From contig NC_058368.1 of NCBI RefSeq assembly GCF_018350175.1, forward strand, positions 129,272,001 through 129,336,000: a DNA stretch of 64,000 bases, in the 5' to 3' direction. The notes below the pieces were generated by a model. It worked only from the letters and a program-made list of their open reading frames with translations, made no database searches and had not been told where the DNA came from. The DNA is from Felis catus (lineage: Eukaryota). Position numbers and translations under genes: made by a program. Shown one piece after another: positions 26,211 through 38,533 of the stretch (positions are counted from its first letter, which is position 1; every line of letters starts with the position of its first letter).

Positions 26211-26380
26211 TTTCGAGGGAGTGAACAGAGGAGGGGCAGAGAAAGAGGAGAGAGAGAATCCCAAGCAGGCTTCATTTGCACCTGCAGCGGCAGCAAGGCT
26301 TGAACCATGAACCGCGAGTTCATGACTTGAGCTGAAACCAAGAGTTGGACGCTTAACCAACTAAGCCACCCAGGCACCCC
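26109..26380 (-). mobile_element. Can-SINE with a (GAAA)n-expanded tail
   Basis: Reverse complement head GGGGTGCCTGGGTGGCTTAGTTGGTTAAGCGTCC; TSD TGCCCTTAACATTTTA (26093-26108) / TACCCTTAACGTTTTA (26381-26396). Confidence 0.93.
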
Positions 26381-29089
26381 TACCCTTAACGTTTTAGCAC
26401 AGAATAGTTGATCAGACCATTAAGGGCAAAACAAAGGAATAGAATGGGGAGACTTTTAGAGAAAGAGAAAGGCTTTTTTCATGACATACATACTGAGAGG
26501 ACTGTGGGAAGCTCTGAGTTCTGCCAACCTTGATCATTCACTTCTACCCTCTCCATTGTCATGGCCACTGTCTCCTCAGCCTCATGGCCCCTCAGCTGGA
26601 GTGCGTAGGAGCCTCTTGACCCCCATTTTGGTCATTAGTGTCACATGAATAGTCCTTAAAGATATCTGTCCCAATGTCATTCTCCTTTCTGTTGCCTGTA
26701 GGATCAGGTAGAAATCTCTTGGGCTTTCATTGAACCAACTGATTCCTAAAGACATGCTGCCTTTAGGGGTGGGTGCCCCTTGGTGAAAACTTTTTCTAAT
26801 CAGACTGACCACTTCCTTAGCACACCTGTTCAAACTTACCTTTTCAGCTCTGTCAAACTATGCTCCACAAATGCCATGTCTTCCCTTCTTTTGCCCACAT
26901 CGCTTAGTCCCACATGACCTTCCTACCTGTCCAAGGCTCAGCTTGCCTCTGCTCTTCTAGGATCCTTTCCTAATGGTTCCCAGAATGCAGTGGTCTTCCC
27001 ACTTTTGGATTTCTCCAAGTACTTTGTGTGCTCTTATCATGCTAGGCTCCTAGAATGCCCTAACCATTGTAACTATTCACTAACTGATTATTATTTCAGA
27101 ATCAGTATATTGGGCACTGAAAATGGGTAGGAGGATATGTATCCCAGAAAAGACAAGGGAGACACAAACAAAGGAATGGATAATTTTATCTCCAACCTGA
27201 TGCTTTCAGTGTTAGCTGAGTGCTCTCTAAAATCTTTCAGAATTCCCACTTTGGGAATTGCTGTGTGACAGAGGTCTGCTGCTGTGGTGTTGGGGCCACA
27301 TGCACATGGCATCAGCCCTTGCCTTTCAGGAACCGATCATGGTAAGAAAGAGACTTGGGCTAGTTCATTTTTTTTCCCCAAAGCTGCAAGGAAATCAAGT
27401 CCATGACCATACTTATTCACACATTTAGTGAATCAGGCCAAGCTTAGAACTAAATGATGAAAATGAAAATTAATCAGGGACTCCCATGGGTCTCACATAT
27501 GGCAGTTTTGAATCTTTTTTTTTTCACTATCATAATTGTTTTCTTACTCATTTTCTTTGGTTGAATACACAACCACAAAAAAAAAAAAAAAAAAAAAAAC
27601 AACCATGAGGCTGTAGTGGTGATGGAAATGAATAAACCCATGGAAACAGTGGAATATCTACAAAGATAAGATTAGGAAGGAAGGAAACAAAGGCAATTTC
27701 AGCGTCTCTGGAAGGCATGCACACCTTTCTTTGCCAAGACCCCTAGATCAGGTTGTGGGACCAGGTGGCAGGTGTTTCCTTCACTCACACAGAAAGCAAG
27801 CCATGAGCCTCTGCTGCTGTTGAGGTGAGTTATATCTGGCACATTAAACACCATATCCTGATCCTCCTTTCTGCCCTTCCCAGAAGAGATAAAAATGAAC
27901 AAGTAGTTGAGAAAACAGTCAGAGGGAAGGCTTTGTGCCCCCTCTTAATTCATGGGGATTTAAAATAAAAGCAGTTGATGGCATTATAAAATAGGGTTAT
28001 GTCCCCTTTATTGGACTTTTGTGGAAAATGAAACCACAATAGAAAACAAGCAATCATATAGAATATCATGCCTGAGAACATCATTTACCTTCATAGAACA
28101 TAACTGCTTTCATGCACTGAAACCTTTTCTTTTCACACTAGTTAACAAACAGCATTAAGCATGATGCAAGTCAGATTTTGAAAACTTGTCTGGTGCCTTT
28201 CATTAAGAATTGAAATCTGTGTAGGTCTCTTGCTCCAGGAAACTATGTTTGACATTTTAATAGTATTGCTTCAGCAAGAGCAGAGAACATCCACCAACTT
28301 AGATTTGTAGAAGGTAAATCAAGAATTCATCCAAAGTGGAATGCCTTCTTCTGAGTGACAGGGTGGTTTTTATGTGAGATGTCAATGTAGCTTCTCCACC
28401 TGACTTAAAAGTTTCAATTAAAAAAAAAAAAGCCAAACTACTGCTGATTTTGTTTTTTAATCATGCAGTTATCTAAAGTGGTTTTTTGGAAGAGACTATC
28501 AAGGAAGGACTGGAAAGTAGTTCTTATGACTAGTCAGCTCTAGGGGTTGGGGTAGCCAACATTTGCGGTGAGGGACCTCAGAGCCCCAGGGACCTCTCAG
28601 ATGATTCACACTCCTTTGATTGTTTGACACGGTCCTCTGGAAGGGACACAGTGAGTTAACATGCACCAGAACAGATCGAATGTACAACCAGCTGGTAGTT
28701 TACTCTTGTACTGGAAGGCTGCTTTTTCTTATGCATGATTCTTTGTTGTGCTAAAGAGACATAAATGTATAAAAGCCTAAAAGTAAGCCTTCAGTTCTTT
28801 ATGTCTGGCAAAACTGTCAGGACAATGTGCCTGGAGGATATCTCCACCATGCTTGCCTTGCAGGGCTGTTGTGATAGAATTAGATCATACTGTAATAGTC
28901 ACCCCATACACGTTACAGCATATCAAGAACTTACTTATACATTTTCTCAGTTGAACCTCACAACATCAGTGGGAGGCAGTGAAGGCAGATATTATTATCT
29001 CTTGAGAGGGGGTGACCCTGCTGCTACAGCATAAGCGAGGCTTTTGCTGTAGGAAGACTGTTTATCGGTTGTATTTTCAAGTATTTTAT

Positions 29090-29450
29090 ATTGTATAAGG
29101 ATGTTTATTGCAGCAGTGTTTATAATCAGGAAAAATTGGAACCTACCTGAATCTTTGTTAGCAGAGGGCTGATTAAACTATAGTAGTGGCCTACACGGGA
29201 TACAGTACAGCCATTAGGGATTTTGCGTTAGAGGTTTTAGAAGTAAATTCATTAATGTTGAGGTATATTTATTGATGAAGAAAATTATTCATCGTATATT
29301 TAAGCCAGTAACCAATGCAAGATGATCTGTTTGCAATTAGGAGAAATGCACATGGTAAAACAGTGATTATCTTTGGGGGCTGAGAATACATGTGGTATTT
29401 GTTTTCTTTCTTATGCTCATCTATCATTTCTAAATTTTAACGTTAGTCAA
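29090..29450 (+). mobile_element. Old L1 (L1ME-like) 3' fragment
   Basis: TGTATAAGGATGTTTATTGCAGCAGTGTTTATAAT...AAAAATTGGAAC...TACAGTACAGCCATTA. Confidence 0.65.
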
Positions 29451-29556
29451 CATTAATGTTGCACTAGTCAACATTTACAATCAGATTAACTTTTAGAATA
29501 ATAATTAATGGAACAGGTACAGCCTCTGAGCTTCATGGGTAAAATGATCCCTTGAC

Positions 29557-30045
29557 TTGTAAGTGTATCAGCCATGGTCCTAGCAGGGCCCTGAGTTCAA
29601 CCAGACGGGGAAATGCAGAGCATGAATTAAGGCACAGTTTACAGTGGTGTGAAATGGGTAAGGGGTGTAAACGGAGGTGGGAGCACCCAGATACCAGAAA
29701 CAGTGGGAAGCCACAGGCGCCCCAGGGCAAAGGGACAAGAGGAGGAAACAGTCACCAGAGCCCAGGGGCTGGTGCTGTGCAGGAGGGATACCCTCAGCGG
29801 AAGCTGGAGTGGAGAAGGGTCACAGGTCTTGTCAGACACCAGTGAAGCAGGGAGGAAATACTCTGATCCCTTTCCTCCTGCCTTTTTCTTTCCTGCCGGC
29901 GACTCCCATTGCTGACCAAGCCCAAAAGGAAGCCCACCGGCAAGGGAGTCAAGAACAGTTCACAGCACTTAGCCTGCTAGTGCACAGAACAGAGCAGAGA
30001 AGGCAGGAAATAGGTCTGACGATGGGGGACACACAGCAAACACAG
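29557..30045 (-). mobile_element. ERVL solo LTR (LTR33-like)
   Basis: CCCATTGCTGACCAAGCCCAAAAGGAAGCCCACCGGCAAGGGAG resembles the recalled antisense LTR33 motif. Confidence 0.5.
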
Positions 30046-30439
30046 GGAGCAGAACCCTGATGTCAGTCCCCTGGAGAAAAGGGTGTCTCTAGTCAGAAAA
30101 ACTAAAACAGACAGGACGAGCCTGTTGGGGCCATACGAGGTGAGTGATCTGGTTTTCCTGCTTGTGCTGAGAGCTTCAGAAGCATGGGGATGGGATCACA
30201 GGTCACCTGGCCCAAAGTGAGCACAGAGATCCTTTGTGGGCTGTTACACAGAGAGAGTTGTACATTCCTCCTCTTGCCTGGGTGGAAGGGGGAACTGCTA
30301 GGGAAAGGTAGACTCACATCACCCTGGCTCTCCCAGGCTGGTTACTGCTGTCCCATCTCTATGCCCATTCCCTCTTCGACTCCAGCATCCTCACCATTAG
30401 CCCCAAATGAGAGCAGAACATGAGAGTAGAGGGAGTGCA

Positions 30440-30775
30440 CATTTATTGAGCAGATGGCTGGCACTGTGTGCTCTAAGCACTCCTCATGATTAACTCACTT
30501 CCATCTCTCAACATACCCTGTGAAGGAGGTGATGTTGTTTGCCACTTTATTGAGTGGCTAAGGGCATGAATAATGGAGCCAGATCATTGGGTTTGAATGC
30601 TGCCTCTGTCATTCCCCAGCTGTGTCACTCTGTTTTCTCATCTGCAAAATGGGGACAGTAATCCTGTCTAGTTCAGGGGATCATTATGAGGAATAAATGA
30701 ATGAACTCTGAGTAAAGAGTTCTGAACTGGGGCTTGGCACATAGCAAACGGTCAATAAATGTTAGTTGCTATTGT
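30440..30775. mobile_element. Two MIR fragments, head-to-head (minus at about 30440-30550, plus at about 30552-30775)
   Basis: ATTTATTGAGC...GGCACTGTG (antisense MIR 3' end), then GGGTTTGAAT...TTTTCTCATCTGCAAAATGGGGA...TGGCACATAG...CAATAAATGTTAG. Confidence 0.75.
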
Positions 30776-32842
30776 CCTCAGCTCCCACATAAGGAAGATA
30801 AGGGATAGAGATGTTAACATAGTTGCTTTGAGTCACAGAGCTGATGAGCAACAGAGTTGGGACTCTGACCAAGAAGTGGGGTTCCAGTATTATACAAAAG
30901 GGCCACTCTTTCCCTCCCTGCTCCTTTGAAGCAGAGGGAGTAAAATCACCTCCTCGGGTTTGAAGTGGATCCACACTCTGTGCCTGCCTGAGATGCAAAA
31001 CAAGTTCCTCACATTTTGGGACACTCTTCCCACTGTGCAGGTGACAGTCTGCAGAAATCTCATTCACACTTCAAACTTCACTTCCTCCTGGGTCACTTCC
31101 TGCAGGTGTGTAGACCCCAAGCATTATGCAACCAGCAGACAGGAGCAAGTGAGTGGCTGCTTCTCAGTTTCCTATTCCTTGAGCTAAGACAGAAAAGAAA
31201 GCAGGGTGGTGAGAATTTGGGGGCCCAGATCCACCAGGTGGGTCTTAAGTTTCCAAAATGTGCACCCTGGAGAGCCATGGCAAATATGTGTTCCAGTTCA
31301 GCTGCCTGCTCTGGGGTGAAGGAGAGGATGTGGGCAGACTCCCTCCTTGCATGGAAGATGTCAAGTGCATTGCCATTATCACTGATCTGTTCACTTGAGA
31401 AGGATAAGGAATAACCCCTGGGGAAAGGTAATGAGGAAGAGCCAGCACCAAATGTGGAGGTAAATGAAAGAGCTCTAGCTGGAATTTACCAATTCTTTAA
31501 ACCTGGGCCACAGTACCTTCCTTCCTGCTCTTTAGTTCATTTCTCGGAAACCATCTTACTGTGTCTCTTTCTTGGCTTCTTCTTAGAGGATCTATAACTA
31601 GATCTTTCATTAATTTCATCTTTCATTTTACAGTGAAATATGATCAGTTACCACTTACAACAGAACACTCTCACAGCTGTGCCACCAGTGAGTGAAAAGG
31701 CCCCAATGTATTGTCCCTGGCTTGTTGGAAGCACAACAGTCAAATGGCCATTCAATGAACCTCTTTTATCCTGTTTTTGGCCTGGCATTCAATATACATT
31801 GAAATAATGAGAATGCACCACATGTACACAGTTTTCCAGACGTGTAGTAACCAGAGTCACAAGAGATTGTTTAGTGTTCATAAAACCCAGAAGCTCCTTC
31901 AAAACAACACGCACAAGTGAAAAATGTATAATTTAAGTTTGTGCCTTGTTGACTGGTGTTTCGTTTTCTTCCTTTACTCCTCCTCATCACGTTGCTTTCA
32001 GGAAAGGGGTCATTTAGTCAATGGCAGAAGTTCTTTACCAGAACATGAGCTGGCTCACAGACACTACCGAGCCATGCCCTGGCTGGAACCTGACACCTGG
32101 CCTGGCGAGAGTAGCCGGCCATGCAGAAGTGGTTCTGGACTCGGTTTCCTCATCTGTCCATAGGAGGGGCTGGCCTAGCCTTAGATAGTTTTTATTTTCA
32201 AAAACATGTTTTTCTCACTACTTCTGGACTGCTGAGCTTTGTTTTGAGTTTTTACTTAATTAAGAAAAGTAATGCTCTTAGCTTTGAACCAAATGTGAGG
32301 CTCTCAAGAGCTAAACAGCACAGGTGGGAATGGGGTGGATGCTGCACTTTACTGGTCTATAGGATGATCTTCTGGTGTATAGGAAATGTGGCCTTCTTGT
32401 GTGGAGGTTCCTCTCAGGTACATGACCTAATGAGCCACCAGTTCCTTTTCGGGATTAGGAGCAGGCCACCCTTCCTCTGGGCAGATGCAGCCTGTGCCAG
32501 GACTCTGCCTAGTGAGTGAAGACCCACCCACCCCCTAGACAAGGTCCCTGTGCAGTGCATCACCTGCACAGCCTACCTGAAGGCCAATGTGATGGGTGTT
32601 GCATCCACAAATAGAGGTTATCTATAATAGGGTATCTATAATAACCTAAGCAGGAACGTGATATTTTGTGTTCTCCGATTTTTTTTCTTGCCTAAAAATA
32701 AGCAAGCAAGCAAACAAACAAGCAAGCAAGAAAACAAACAAAAAAGCACCTTGGTGCCCACGTGAGTAGAGATTGCTTGAATTACAGCACATGGACCCCT
32801 CACTTCACAGAAAAATCATGTTTTGTGAGGAGGTCTGAGATA

Positions 32843-33415
32843 GCATCTTAGCCTAGGTTCTCTCAGATAGCAAAACCTGAGAAAGGAGCATGATGGAGGT
32901 GGTTTATTTGGGAAACACTGGCACCAGGAATGAGGAAGTAAGAGATGTCAAACAAGATGGAGAGAAAGGAACCCAAGGTGCTTTATTGATCTGGTTCCTA
33001 GTGTGGTCAAATTGGCTCTGTTCTCCTTGGACCTTTGAGGACCATCCTCTTAAGGAGAGGAAGTGAGGATGGATCATTTCCTGGCTCCTGGTACCAAGTG
33101 GTCAAGGGTTGCCTCTGGGGTAATAACTCCTCAAACATCTAGGTGTGCACATACATCAGAATGGTTAAGTGGATGGCGGTGTTGGCAGAGATGCTGGGTC
33201 AGGGAAGGCAAACCCACATCCATTTCCGGTAAGGCTGAGCCAGTGCTCCCTCCAGGATAGAGGGTATCTGATGGAAAAGATCTACCTCCAAGTGACTGCT
33301 GGTTTCCTTAAGGAGTGTGTGCCATATGGAGGGTTCCTTGTCAGTCTCTCTGGTGACTGGTACAGCAGTTTCAGTGATTCAGTACAGTTGCTGGACCAGT
33401 CTTTGTGAGATGGCA
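32843..33415 (-). mobile_element. ERVL LTR (LTR16-like), 3' LTR of the adjacent provirus
   Basis: CTTAGCCTAGGTTCTCTCAGATAGCAAAACCTGAGA...GTTTATTTGGGAA resembles the antisense LTR16 end; directly abuts ERVL internal sequence. Confidence 0.6.
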
Positions 33416-34530
33416 CACATACTATTGGGACCATGCAGACCCTCCATCTCTGCTCCATGTCCCCTCTGTCATGCAAGTCCTGGAGGGGCTAGGGAAAGAG
33501 GCTAGCTGGCATCCTCAAGACACCCTGTCCACCTAGTGGTTTGGTGCCACACTTGTAGGGGAGGTGCTCTGGTGCACCTGGATTTGAGACAGAGATCCGA
33601 GTGTTGTGTGCCCAGTAGCATAGGTCCATCTATAAGATTTTCTCCATGCTTTCTTTTTTGTCTCCAAACTTCTTTTTTGCCTCCAAACTTGAGGCTTCTG
33701 ACCCAATCAGGAAGCCATTCACCACCGCCCATGGGTCCAGATATACCTATAACTCAGACTACTTCTCCCTACCCATAAACTGAAAGGAGCAAGTGGATTG
33801 TTCACAGCTCTGCTCATTGGAAGGAGTGACCTTCAGTATCCTTCAGGGCCACCCTGAACAGGGCTATAGTTTGGTGGTGGTCCAATTATTGCTAGCACTA
33901 ACTTGTTAAGACAACCCATCTAAGAACTAGGTCCAAGTTCTTTCTCACTTGTTGGTTTTAGGGAATCATAAGGCCTTGGGTGTGAACTGAGCAAGAGAGG
34001 TGGATAACACAGGAATATGAGGCAGATGGAAGTTCCTTCTGTCCTCCCGATCCCTTCTGGCCCAATCTCAAATGAACCATTGCCATTGTATGACGTATTA
34101 CTGCTGTGCCTGTCCAACTTTGTCTAATACTACCCAGCTCATAATGGGCATTTCTGGCTGCACAGTCACTTGATGTCCTGTGGTCAGGAGATCCATCTCA
34201 ATCAGGGTCCAGGAGATGCTTTTCAAATGGTTTTTCATTTTCTGCCACAGAAGGAAATTCTAGCTCTAGAACTCTAGGATCTGTGCCGCAACTCTTTTTA
34301 TTGGGCTTGATGGAGACTACACTCATACAACATCTTTATTCACAGTAAATGGCACCACTAGATCTACTGGTTGTGTGGCCTGAGTGGCAGGGCCATTTGT
34401 ATTATGGCAAGATCTGCTATAGATTTTGCTCTGACACTCAAAACTGGCAGCCTTCCATGTCACCCAATAAAGGAATCCAAGTGGTATTCCTAGGAGGAGT
34501 ATATGCTGCCTCTAATTTCTGAAGATTTTT

Positions 34531-35296
34531 AGTGGTTTTTAAACACCTCAAAATTCTTTGACATTCCTGCCATCAAGAGACAAGGACCATGTCCCTTCTT
34601 CTGGAATGTGGGAAGGGTTTTTACTGCTTCAACTAGCAGAGGACGACAGAAGGTATTCTCTGTGACTTCTGAGGCTGGGTCATAAAAGACTATGTAGCTT
34701 CTCCCTTGTCCATTGGGACACTTGCTCTTCCAACTACCCTGAAGCTGCCATTCTGTGAAGAAATCCAACCCACGTGGTGAGGCCATATGTTGGTGGTCCA
34801 GTTGACAGTCCTTACTGAGCTTAGCCTTCAAGTCTCCCAGCCCAGGCAGTAGAACTGTAGGTGAAGACGAGCTTGTAAGATTCTGGTCCAGTTTGAGTCA
34901 CCCCCCCCCGCCAACCATTTGAGTTCCCCACCTAAAGCTCCAGCCAGCCTTTCTCAACTGAGGTTCCTCATGTGAGCTAGAGAAGACAGAAAGTGATTTG
35001 AGTGACTATTTTCTGCCATTCTCCCAAGTACAGTACATAACTGGTACCATTCTAAATGCACAGGAGAGAAATTAGTTCACGACATACAAATGGATGCCTT
35101 AGGGCACCAGGGCTTAATTCTACCATGGAACCCCAGTTTAGAAAAGCTGGCAGAAATCCAGAAATTGAAACAAAACATTCCTGGTGTCTTGTCCAAATTC
35201 CTGACCCTCAGAATCCATGAACATAATAACATGGTTGTTATTTTACCTCACTAAGTTTTGTTGTGGTTTGTTGTGCTGCAATAGAAAATTGATAAG
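34531..35296 (+). mobile_element. MLT1-family LTR inserted into ERVL pol
   Basis: AAATTCTTTGACATTCCTGCCATCAAGAG, TGTGACTTCTGAGGCTGGGTCATAAAAG, and terminal CTAAGTTTTGTTGTGGTTTGTTGTGCTGCAATAGA. Confidence 0.8.
34945..35149. mobile_element. MER105-like hAT-Charlie MITE nested in the MLT1 LTR
   Basis: 205 bp with 23-bp TIRs: CAGCCTTTCTCAACTGAGGTTCC vs reverse complement CAGCTTTTCTAAACTGGGGTTCC (3 mismatches); the interior resembles recalled MER105. Confidence 0.8.
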
Positions 35297-38075
35297 GTAC
35301 AAAATCTAACATCCTGTCCTTTACCTCAAAGATGGAAGATGATGTAGCAGCATACCTCACATCACTGGACTCCTAAAAATGTCACTGATGGGCCAGGTTG
35401 GGGAATCTTTGTGGGGTTTAATTTCCTGACACACAACTTGCTATTTCTATTTACCAGGTTAAATTTGCATGATGTTATCAGTATAGCATTGCACATATTA
35501 AAGCAATTAAGATCCCTTCAGACTACTTTGTCATTGCACAAGAGGCTTTACATAGCCTTAAGCAAGACTATGAATGTGTACTGATGTCCTTCTCACTTAA
35601 TTGAGAACTGCTTTTGATCCTGGTTATTGATGATGGGTTGAAAAGAATATGTTCACCAGATCAATAGCAACATACGGAGTGCCAGAGGCTGTGTTGATCT
35701 GTTTTAGTAAAGATATCATTTATAGCTAAGCAGTTTAGATTGGGCTACCAGTTGGTTAAGTTTATGGTGGTCTACTACCGTCATCAGTCATCAGTCATCA
35801 TGATCTGTTAGTTTATGTTTTCAAGGGCTGTACAGGTACATTATACATGGACATGATGGAGAATATCATACCTGTGTAGTTTGTCTTTGATGGTGGTATT
35901 AATTCTCCTTTAGGATGTAGTGCTGACTTGGGTTTGTTCTCTTGGCTGGTGGGGTTGGGGAAGGATAATTTCAGAGGCTTCCACTTTGCCCTTCCTACCT
36001 AATAGCTCTTACTTTGTAGGTCGGGGAACCAGCGGGAGGATACTGACAGCTACTTTGTTTATCTATCCAAATCATGCACTTGGGGAATGGGGAAATAACT
36101 ACAAGGTGTGTGTGTGGACCTATTGGATCTCCTTTGAGGTGTGCTTATGACAGCTCACAATTTTCTTTTTGCAGTTCTGCAAGTCAGGCACTATCTTAGT
36201 TGGCTGTTAATCTGTTTCCTCGCTAGGAACACACTGGCCTTTTAGCCACTGCCACAGATGTCAGAGGGCCAAAGCCTCTTCCAGCCTTTGTGCCCATATG
36301 GTAATCACATATACCTTCTACGTCACTTAAGAATTGCCACCTGACGTCTAACATTCCAGAGTTCTATCATCCTTATTGATGCTAAGGAGTTTAGATTATG
36401 GCACCATTTCCTTCTGCCAAGCCCAGTGTGCAGGGACAGCCACTATTGGAGTTACCAGGGCTTTTTTCATCACTGCATCTCTTATTGCTTTAGCCAGAGT
36501 AATGTACTTTGGGACTTTCTGGGGAATATAGACAGATGGAGACTTCTCTGATCTCACTAATAAATCCATTTTAACATTTCTAATCCCCCTTGGCTCTTCC
36601 TCGATAGTCTGCCAAATTCATTCTAACAACTCTATCTTATTTAATATAATCCATTGTTATATCCAAGCTTCAAAGAGTCATGCCAGCAGTGTGTTATGAC
36701 TGGATCCTGATGTTTTTGCCAGGCTGTAAAATCCTGAGTCAAGGAAGAATGCTCCCATGTCAATGAATTCGTCCCATTCATCTTTATCTCCAGGTCTCCA
36801 TTATCCAATCCTCTCAAGATTCACTTCCATGGGTCTCTTGCTGGTTTCTGCCAGTGCCTATTTGTCAGATCTTGCAACTTTTTTGGTGTAGAATGAGCAG
36901 ACATTCTATTTCTTGACTTGACTTGACTTGACTCCAGTTATTGGTAATGAGAGGAGGGCAAGGTCAGACCTTGAGGAGGACAAGCATTGTCTTATGAAGC
37001 ACCTGTTTCAGATATGGCCTTGGCAGCATTTCCACATAAGGGGGATCTATTTTACTCTGGAAAGGGGATATAGTTTTTTTCTTTGAGTCCAGAGTAAATG
37101 GCAAGATCTATTTTTTTCCCATCCTCTATTTGTTTCCTATTTCCTCTATTTCCGCCTTCTTTTAGGTTGAGTATTTTTTATGCTACTATTTGATCTCCTT
37201 CATTGTCACCTTAGTTAAAACTCGTTGTTCTGTTATATTGTACTTCACACATAGCTTAAGAACATTATAATAGAATACATCTATTTCTCCCCTCTAAGGC
37301 TTCATGCTAATTTTGTCATACATTTCCTTTATGTATATAATCAACTTTATATTACTTTTTGGTTTGTTTAAACAGCCAATTATCTTTTAGACAGCTTTAG
37401 CTAATTTTATAAAGTCTTACATACTTACCTTTCCAGAACTCTTCATTACTTTGTGTAGATCCAGTATTTTTCTTTCTATCTAAAGGACTTCCCTTTAAAT
37501 TTCTTGTAGTGTGGATCTACTGGTGACAAAGTCTTTCTTCTTCTGTGTGTTTAAAAGTCTTTGTTTTGTCTTCATTTCTAAAATGTATTTTCACTGGGTA
37601 CACAATTCTAGGTTGACAGTTTTTCATCTTTAAAGATATTGTTCACTGTTACCTCACTCGCATTGATTCTGATGAGAAACGGCTGTCATTCTTTTGTTGT
37701 TGTTCCTCTGTGCATAATATGTCGTTTTCCTATGACTGCTTTTGAGATCTTCTCTTTATCATTGGTTTGAAGAATTTCTTTATGATGTTTGCTGGTTTAG
37801 TTTGCTATGTGTTTCCAGATGCTTGGGCTTCAATTCTTTTTCCATTCCCCACCAACTCTCCTTGTAGCCCCCAATGACATGAACATTGGACTACTTGAAT
37901 AGTTCCAAAGATCAGTGAGTCTCCTTTTATTCATTCTTTTTTTCTCCCTGTGTGTAATTAGACAGAGGGTCTGCTGCTATTTATTAAAGTTCCTTAAAGG
38001 CTTTTTTTTCTCACAATAGCCAATCTGTCATTAAATCCATTCAGTGTAATTTTTATTTCAGAAATTATAGTTTTC

Positions 38076-38304
38076 AGGGTGCCTGGCTGTCTCGGTTGGT
38101 TAAGTGTCTGATTCTTGATTTCAGCTCATGTCATGATCTCGTGGTTTGTGAGTTTGAATCCCACATCAGACTCTGTGCTGATGGTGTGGAGCCTGCTTGG
38201 GATTCTGTCTCCTTCTCTCTCTGCCCCTCCCCTGCTTTCTTTCTCTCTTAAAATAAATAAATAAACATTGGAAAAAAAATTTTAAATAAAAATAAAAAAA
38301 TTAA
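38076..38304 (+). mobile_element. Can-SINE
   Basis: Head GGGTGCCTGGCTGTCTCGGTTGGTTAAG; perfect 16-bp TSD AGAAATTATAGTTTTC at 38060-38075 and 38305-38320. Confidence 0.96.
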
Positions 38305-38533
38305 AGAAATTATAGTTTTCCTCAGTAGCAGTTCAACTTGGGTCTTTTAAATATCTTCCATGTTTGTACTTCACTAGTTGACTACGTGTAAAACAGTTTT
38401 AATAGTTGTTTGAATGTCCTTGTCTGCTCATTCTAACATCTGTGTCAGTCCTGGGTTGGTTTTGATTGGTTATTATTTGTCCTAATTATTGGTCATATTT
38501 TCCTGCCTCCTTGCATTACTGGCAGTTTTTTTT

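Larger units (their letters stand above)
33416..37070 (-). mobile_element. Decayed ERVL internal region (ERV3-16A3-like gag/pol remnants)
   Basis: Hand translation of the minus strand: PIMSWVVLDKVGQAQQ*YVIQWQWFI*DWA (34148-34059; ERVL pol PIMNWV...KVGHAQQ...WKWYI), PSVTFLGVQ* (about 35390-35360), CYTDNIMQI (35488-35462; decayed YIDD motif), and WK*ILRGLDNG then (frameshift) EFIDMG (about 36828-36752; ERVL gag). Confidence 0.85.
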
